Positions 57,211-64,000 of a stretch of 64,000 nt of DNA are shown here, piece by piece (the stretch's first letter is position 1; each line of letters starts with the position of its first letter). Location: NCBI GenBank assembly GCA_024704765.1, contig JAKMXF010000088.1, positions 124,001 through 188,000 on the forward strand. The letters run 5' to 3'. Origin of the DNA: Oopsacas minuta. Taxonomy: Eukaryota > Animalia > Porifera. The notes below the pieces were generated by a model. It did not search any database. It was not told the origin of the DNA and was given only the letters and a program-made list of their open reading frames with translations. A program made the translations under genes and the position numbers.

Positions 57211-60200
57211 CAGGCACGTAGCTAGAGCAAGACATTCAGGGGGGCAAGAAGTATTTCGGGAGGGCAATTGCAGGGATTAATATTTTTGAAAAGTTAATTA
57301 CTTGTGTATAACAAGTACGACCCAGTCTCCTTTTCTTACATGTATAACCTTTTTAATTCATAAAGTACCAGATTACTAGGCTAGGGAGCATTAGATTAGT
57401 CTACATTATAGTAAGAGCATTTATTAAGATACTAAACTCAATTCAGGGATACTATTTGACATTCAAAAGAAAGCGGCGGTGCTTCATCTGCTTAAAATGT
57501 TCGATCACATCATTATAACAAAGTGTTTCTGCAATATCTTTTTCAATAGATAACAGGGCAAGATGGTTGAGACGCTCAGTGGTCATTTGTGAGCGCAAAC
57601 GTGTTTTTATTCTCTTAACAGATGAGAACATTCTCTCAACCTTGCAAGACGTCTGAGGGATAGTCACAAGAATTTGGTATAAGTTGAAAACATCAGGGAA
57701 AATATCTTTGTCAATCACATCCAGTACATCGATCAAAGTATTTAGCTGAGATTCATCTTTCCGAGCAATAAACGAACGGAAAACTTCTATTTCACAATCT
57801 TTGATATCTATTGCATACAGTTCAGATAGTGTATTCAATTCCTGTTTGTTAAGAAAGTTTTGAGACCTTGGTAAGCAGCAATCAGCAGCCTTCATGATGC
57901 CTGATTGATCTGTACCAAAACGGGCATCCAATTCTGCTAAGATCTCGCGGACATTTTGGCGTAACAATATTTCAAGCTCTTCAAAGTTGGATGCGTTTGT
58001 GTGTCCAACAGAGCTATTTAGATATCCTTCTCTAAACCTTTCTGGAAGACGCCGTTGCTTGATTGTGTCTCTTACATCAAAATTTTCGATTTCATATTTA
58101 CCAGACAAATCTTTGGCATATTCGACAACCTTGTCAAAATCGAAATTGACCAACCTTTCCCTCAGATCGGCAAGTAATATCAAACAAGAAGAAACAGTTG
58201 CTGTCGACTTCTGAAAAGCTTTAGTGCAAAAATCAGAGTAATCATACAGCCTACCAAAGTAAACTAAGATGGTCATAAATTTCTTTGTTTGTAGACTACC
58301 TAGTAAAGATTTAGCTGCTAAACTTGTGTCTGCATCATTATCATTTCCAAATATGCTTAAAGTATCAAGTATGCAATCAAACCGACGCAGAAACCTTTCC
58401 ACCTCCAAAGAACGGGAAGACCAACGAGTACTACATGAACGTGCAAGTTCAAGAGCTTGGACGTTGGGATAGCGCTCATCCTGGACGTCTATGAAAACTG
58501 CATGTCGCTTTGTTCCATTCATGAACGAATACGTCAAATCCAATATATCAAAGAAAGATTTCATCAGAGGATGTCGTTCAGCAGTTGCCGCTAATACTAA
58601 GTTAAGCCTATGTGAAGCACAATGAACATATGTGGCATTGCGATAACCTGCTCCTTTCATGCGGGCTTGGACACCACCGTGTATTCCTGACATAACACTA
58701 GCCCCGTCGTAACCCTGCCCTACACATTTCAGAGGATCGAGCTCAAAAGGCTTAAGTAGCTCTATCAGTTTTTCAGAGATGGTGCCCGTATCCATGTCCT
58801 TCAATTCAATAAAGCCAATAGCTCTTTCTCGGACATTACCTTTATGGATATATCGCAAAGAAGCACCTAACAACTCCTTCTTAGATGCATCTTTTACTTC
58901 GTCAGCTAGAATAGCATAACAAGACGCGATTTCTACTTCACTTTTAACATAGTCTAGAAGCACTGAAGCGAGTGATGTAAGCAAATCATTTTGAATATCT
59001 GGACTTAGCATTTTTGCATTTCCTGGAAGACTTTCTATCCTCTTGGTCACATTGCTATCATATTTTCCTAAAAGTTCTAATATTTCAAGAAAGTTCCCTT
59101 TATTAAGCGACTGATCTGATTCATCATCTCCTCGAAGAGGAATATCTTGTTTGGCACAAAAAGTAATAATGTCAAGAACAGTCATTAAATGTTTCCGATT
59201 GTCATCTATGAATTTCTCATTTCGAAAATTTGGATCCAGTTGCTTATCTACCGTCCCTATTATTTGATGAATTGCCCAGACTTTCTGTGTTTCAACAGCT
59301 GCCATATGACACACAGAACTATCGTGCTTCCTGCACTTGTCGCCAAGTTTCCTCCAGTCACAAAGTCCTTTTGTTGAAAAGTTGCTTCAGCTGTTGATCC
59401 TCCAAAAAGCCGACACGGTTGGCAAAATATAGCATCGAGTTCTTTGCTATACTTTATCCAGGAGAATTGGGCATACCAATGAGTACTAAAATGTCTACCG
59501 GCCTCATTTTTTGGGAAGATAATAGAAGGCTGCCTCGGTTTCTCACCATTTTTGGACAAATCATTTACAGTCACAATTGGTGATTGTATATGAGTCGTGT
59601 TTAAACTTGGAGTTGAAATAGTTGTACAAGAATCGGAAGTTAAAGGGGTCGAAACTTGAAGACTCGTAACAACAGGCTCTACCTCCTCATAATTTGAAGA
59701 GACGACATGATCTTCGATTTCTATTCGATTTCTTTTAAAATATGCCTGAACTTTGCTTTGTTGTAGTCTTTTAGTCATCTAGAATTGTTTGAGATACGAG
59801 TCACTGAACTGATTGAAGAACAGAAAATGTGAAAGATTTGATGATATAGAATGACTTTATAACTTATAGAGAATATCTGAAATTGGCTTCACTCATGTGT
59901 AAATTTCAAAACAAGCTTTGAAAACTGAAACCCTAAGAGCATCACCAATGCTTCAATTACTTCAATGGACAGTCTAACTTCTGACAACAATTACTAGCGG
60001 TCGTGGTAATTCAATTAAAATTATAGTAGAAATTCAGTGCCTGTCAAAATAGAACAAGTTTACTATCAATGAGCGTTACTTCCTGTCTAGTATTAAAACC
60101 ATCATCGCAACGCGAGTTATTAATTTCATAGTTTTGACGATGCAGTTGAAGTACATAGGCTATTAATTACAGTGGAGTTCGCTTATTAGCAACTCGGATT

Positions 60201-60407
60201 TTGCAGAGATTTGGTTGCTAATAGGGCAACGAAATTAACATTATAATCCCGTTAGGGACCCGAAAGCTGGTTGCTAATAGAGCAATATTACTAATAAGCT
60301 AACTACATTGTATATATAAACGAAAACTTCCAAATTTATCTGGGGGGGCGAGAAAAACTCTTGGGGGGGCGACCACCCCCCCTTGCCCCCCCGTAGCTAC
60401 GTGCCTG
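57211..60407 (-). mobile_element. Near-intact hAT DNA transposon (ZMYM1/DUF4371-type), 3197 bp
   Basis: 14-bp TIR CAGGCACGTAGCTA at both ends; 8-bp TSD CCATGTTG/CCGTGTTG. Confidence 0.93.
57452..59778 (-). pseudogene. hAT transposase with N-terminal TTF-type zinc finger; one frameshift near 59370
   Basis: WIKYSKELDAIFCQPCRLFG, DIPLRGDDES, ADEVKD, GQGYDGAS, VHCASHRLNL, TRWSS, VERMFS and RLNHLALLSIE. ORFs 59260-59778 and 57452-59314 join by a single 1-nt slip. Confidence 0.93.
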
Positions 60408-62295
60408 CCGTGTTGTGTATGCATTATGTATTAGCCGATGAGGTGTAGTCTTTATGTATCAATGTTGCAAAGTTTGTAGGATTATTTTGTTGCGATTTGA
60501 TATAATAAGTTAATTGCATGCGGTACAGAACATACTAAAATATAAATTGCTTGGGAGATTGAGCGTTTCTGTGGAAATGTAAGCATGTTTGGTTGTGGGT
60601 CTTCCAAGTACTCGTCACTCTTTAGGATCTTGTATGGAGGCCAGGTTGAGGGAGGTTAGAAAGGTAGCTTCCTTTGGTGGTGGTGTAGGATACATCAGGT
60701 CCTTGTATCTCAGTTGTTATGGTGAGGTTTGAAATCTAGGAAACTCATCGAAGAATTTAGAAAGCCGTGGCAGTCTGTTAATAGGCGAGCCCGTTCTTGA
60801 GTTTGAGGGCTCGTTGGGTGTAGAGACATTTAGAAATGATATCCTGGAATTGTTCACTGGTGGGGCATAATGAAGCTTTAGAGATCTGTAGCTTGCAGCT
60901 TATGTTCTTATATGTGGCGCCGCAGGCATGGGTTAAGCCTTTTATAAAGGGCTTAAGTTATGCCCAAGCCTGTTTTAAGCACTTTCTGAAAAAGAGCTTA
61001 AGTTAAAGCTCAAATCATTGACAAGGGGCTTAAGTCCAGTCTTAAGCATTTAGCTATTCTTTGGTAAACGATAAATATCCTGAATTTATATATTAAAACC
61101 TTACAGGTTATTCGGAGCACACTCCTAGCGCTCCACCTCTAAATTTTGGGTTTGATAAATGGGTTGAAAGGGCTGAAAGGGTTTGAAGCTCTTCAATAAA
61201 AGGCTTAAGTCAAATTCATGACTTAAGCTTCTTAAAAATGTACTTAAGTGCAAAGGCTCAGCCCTTCGGACTTGGCCTAATGTCTGCCGTGCTACAACAG
61301 TTAAAATTCTATAAATTAACATCTAATGTCTATCCCTTGATACATTCCTGTTATAGTGGTGAATTGGTGACATGAATACCGTATGTATTCGAATAATCAC
61401 TCTGACAGTTGTGTCAACCAGTCTAATTTGTAGTGTAATATAATAACACGGTGTACAGTGGCAATCCCAACACCAAGGCTCTTTCATATTTGAATAGGAG
61501 GAAAAATTGAGCTAAGGACATTGAGAATAAGGAGGTAGAGACATAAATATATTACAGTGGCATCATAATGATTATGTCAGCCTTTTGCCTTATGTATGCT
61601 ATAAACCAAAACATCCGAAATACCCAAAAATTTCAATGACATGACAACGAACAACAAGACGAATGATCATAAATAGATAAATTATGTCTTGAGGTGATAA
61701 GGAAAACCGCAAAACCTTCGTTTAAAAATTGCATATTTTCGCAGTTTTAGTCAGGAATATTACCACATTTTGAAAATATCGCTTAGCTCCAAAAAGTTAT
61801 TCACATTTAAAGTATGAATAACTCAAAATTTCCATCAAAAATATTTTTCAAACGTGAATAAAAAAGGCCAACTGAGGGCCGCTTTGGGGAGATAATAACC
61901 AAAGTTAGGAGTGAGGTCGAAAGTTTCATTCAAAATTTTTCAAAATGTGCTAATATTCCTGACTAAAACAGCGAAACATACAATCTTGAAGCGAAAGATT
62001 TGCGAGGTGTATAAATTCAGGAATGTATGGACAGGAATCACAGGATTAGAACGTTCAATCCCTATTTCAAATTTACAATATTCACTAGGCTCTAACCTTG
62101 ACATCAACTGAAGTCATTAATAAATTTAATGAAACGATGTATTTTTGTATTCTATATTGAAATATCTCTGGAGAAGACAGATTCGATAGTATAGTGATGA
62201 TATTAATAGTAAAGTTATAGGGTCAGCAGAGTATAAATGATAATTCTATGTCGTAAGTAATATAAATACTCAAAAATTAACATAACCTTTGTAAA

Positions 62296-63090
62296 ATGGA
62301 ACATTCTAACTATCAGCAATCTCCCTCCAACTATAATACATGTAATTTCATTAACAGTAACTGCTATCCACAGAATTCTTTTGAAGATCTCTATAACATA
62401 GCTCTGTATGCGTATAATGATTCCTGTAGCTACACTGCTAATAACATTCAAGGAATTAATTCTACCTGTCAATATTCCCAATTTCCATCATTTTATGTAA
62501 AAGAATTATCACCTGGAGATAACATATATAGTGAACAGGATTATATAGCTTATGAGGATAATTTATATGGAATAGAGCCGAGTTATCACAACGGGAATAC
62601 TAATCAAATTGAAACAGAACGCGAATTACAAACATGCATAGATGATGTATTAAGCAAAGCTTTAAGTGGTTCAATCTTTGAAAACGGACTATTGGAACAA
62701 GAAAACAATCTCCAGACACAGGAAAGAAATGATATCCTGGAGGAGATGAATGAGTTCATTAAGAGCAGTGAGAATGAAATCAGAGAGTATTGTCAAACTA
62801 CGACAAGCTTCTATACAAATGGATGTAATGATTCTATAAAAAGAGAGTTAGGTGAGTGTAGAGAAGATGGTGTCGGGAAGAAACGTCCTAACTTCAGCCC
62901 TGAACAGATTATGTACCTGAAGAGCTGGTTAATAAATAATAAGAACAATCCTTACCCAGATGAAGATGTCAAAGATTGGATATGTTTTCATACTAATTTA
63001 ACTCTAACACAGCTTAACTATTGGCTAGTCAATGCTAGGAGGAGGTTTCTACCAAAACTACAATCAAACTGCAATGTATTTTGTATATAA
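62296..63090 (+). CDS. TALE-class homeodomain protein (C-terminal homeodomain), single exon
   Basis: KKRPNFSPEQIMYLKSWLINNKNNPYPDEDVKDWICFHTNLTLTQLNYWLVNARRR: PYP three-amino-acid loop extension and a WxxNARRR recognition helix. Confidence 0.92.
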   Translation: MEHSNYQQSPSNYNTCNFINSNCYPQNSFEDLYNIALYAYNDSCSYTANNIQGINSTCQYSQFPSFYVKELSPGDNIYSEQDYIAYEDNLYGIEPSYHNGNTNQIETERELQTCIDDVLSKALSGSIFENGLLEQENNLQTQERNDILEEMNEFIKSSENEIREYCQTTTSFYTNGCNDSIKRELGECREDGVGKKRPNFSPEQIMYLKSWLINNKNNPYPDEDVKDWICFHTNLTLTQLNYWLVNARRRFLPKLQSNCNVFCI

Positions 63091-63339
63091 ATGCAACCAG
63101 ATGTCTCAGAACTCATGGTGTAAATTGTATTTCTACAAATTTTGTTGTACAAAATGTAACCAATTTGAACATTTTTCTAGAATTATCCCCACAATTATCT
63201 CATAGTGAAATGCTAGCTACTCCTGTGGATGTGTACATAGACATGGCCAGCGCCGCCTATTAGAGCGAGTGTGTGTAAATGACAAAGGGCAGTGGGCATC
63301 ATGGCACATCATGACGCCTACTGTTGCGTTGATAGTCGA

Positions 63340-63830
63340 ACTGCATACAAGAATATAATGAAGGTATCCTGGGGCCTGGAAGTAGAGAGATTTGATAGTA
63401 AGAAGTAATAGTTCAAATATGATCCTCTTTTACCGGAAGCCAGTGTAAATGATATAGAACAGATGATATGTGATCTTAAATTTAGAAGAGAAATGAATGA
63501 ACCTTGTATTTTCTGGATCACACTTGAACGTATTGGATCCATACCAACGGGTAATATGATTGAGACATGTTTAAAAATTGCATTATGGAGTAGTTGATGA
63601 ATTGTCTTTGAGAGAAGTGTCTAGTTAGTATCGTCTGCATTAATTATTACGTATTTATTGATCAATTTCTTGAATAGGGGAGATGTATAATAGAAAAAAG
63701 AGGCCCAAGAACTGATCCCTGAGAGACTCCCATAATCTTAGAGAGAAAAGGGAAATTTGATAATGGTTGATACTTGTATGGATTTTCAGGATCAAGAGAA
63801 TACTCGTTTTCCATAGACAATTTGTGATTT
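63340..63830 (-). mobile_element. L2/Crack-clade LINE reverse transcriptase remnant, internally deleted
   Basis: The minus strand gives SLDPENPYKYQPLSNFPFLSKIM, GVSQGSVLGP, ADDT and HLHWLPVK...LLLLTIKSLYFQAPGYL in shifting frames. Confidence 0.85.
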
Positions 63831-64000
63831 CTCTCGAAGTAAGCGTTCTATCAGCACTATTCAGGGCGGGTATACAAATCCTATCCTAGTCAACCAGGTA
63901 CAACATGGGCTACTTAACATACGGCTCTATTTGTCACCTAGAAGACCATGAAGTGAGGAGGCAGTTTGTAATTCCCATTCTTGGGTAAATTATACTTAAC

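Noticed and set aside
60560-60900. Retroelement coding remnant (strand-biased composition)
   Set aside because: No RT or endonuclease motif could be identified in any frame.
152-63542. Most 60-130-aa ORFs in the track (e.g. 152-376, 4844-5116, 15810-16154, 21324-21563, 34340-34561, 46639-49393 plus strand, 57987-58472)
   Set aside because: They are antisense or alternate-frame shadows of real genes and transposases, or chance ORFs in MITEs.
1-64000. tRNA, 5S, spliceosomal snRNA genes and telomeric arrays
   Set aside because: No convincing A/B-box cloverleaf, snRNA signature or (TTAGGG)n tract was seen by eye; tRNAscan-SE and Rfam would be needed to exclude divergent copies.

Overview
AT-rich eukaryotic (animal-type) genomic DNA with spliceosomal introns, many single-exon genes and dense DNA-transposon/MITE debris. 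The organism is inferred, not proven, to be an early-branching animal such as a glass sponge. The reasons are metazoan-type PLEKHD1, LRRIQ3, SLC46, AGO and TALE homeobox genes, a Dictyostelium/fungal-type GH13_1 amylase, an expanded coiled-coil+NHL family and strong intron poverty. Genes from left to right: an NHL gene remnant inside an ABCF2 intron; the last three ABCF2 exons; a 4-TM gene split by a hAT MITE; a 10-exon LRRIQ3 (reconstructed by hand) with a second NHL gene in its intron; COA4; alpha-amylase; an ACBP-domain protein; a carnitine-acyltransferase-like protein lacking the catalytic His; PLEKHD1; a VOC/glyoxalase; SLC46A; two divergent Rab paralogues flanking an intronless Argonaute; and a divergent TALE homeobox. 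Mobile DNA includes a full-length P/THAP9 element and a near-intact hAT (both with TIRs and 8-bp TSDs), two Gypsy remnants, an L2 LINE remnant, Tc1/pogo/piggyBac/hAT MITEs and a 28S rRNA fragment. The most interesting items are: (1) a RAG1/Transib-family transposase remnant with a ProtoRAG-like C-terminal Cys/His motif and a terminal CACAGTG heptamer; (2) a hAT MITE in a coding region whose own splice signals would remove it in frame; (3) an Argonaute with an 18-aa insert at the glutamate finger; (4) Rab paralogues with degenerate G-motifs and a gene-conversion-like tract; (5) a cluster of gene lesions confined to the first 10 kb. All homology calls are by-eye motif recognition; no database search was run.
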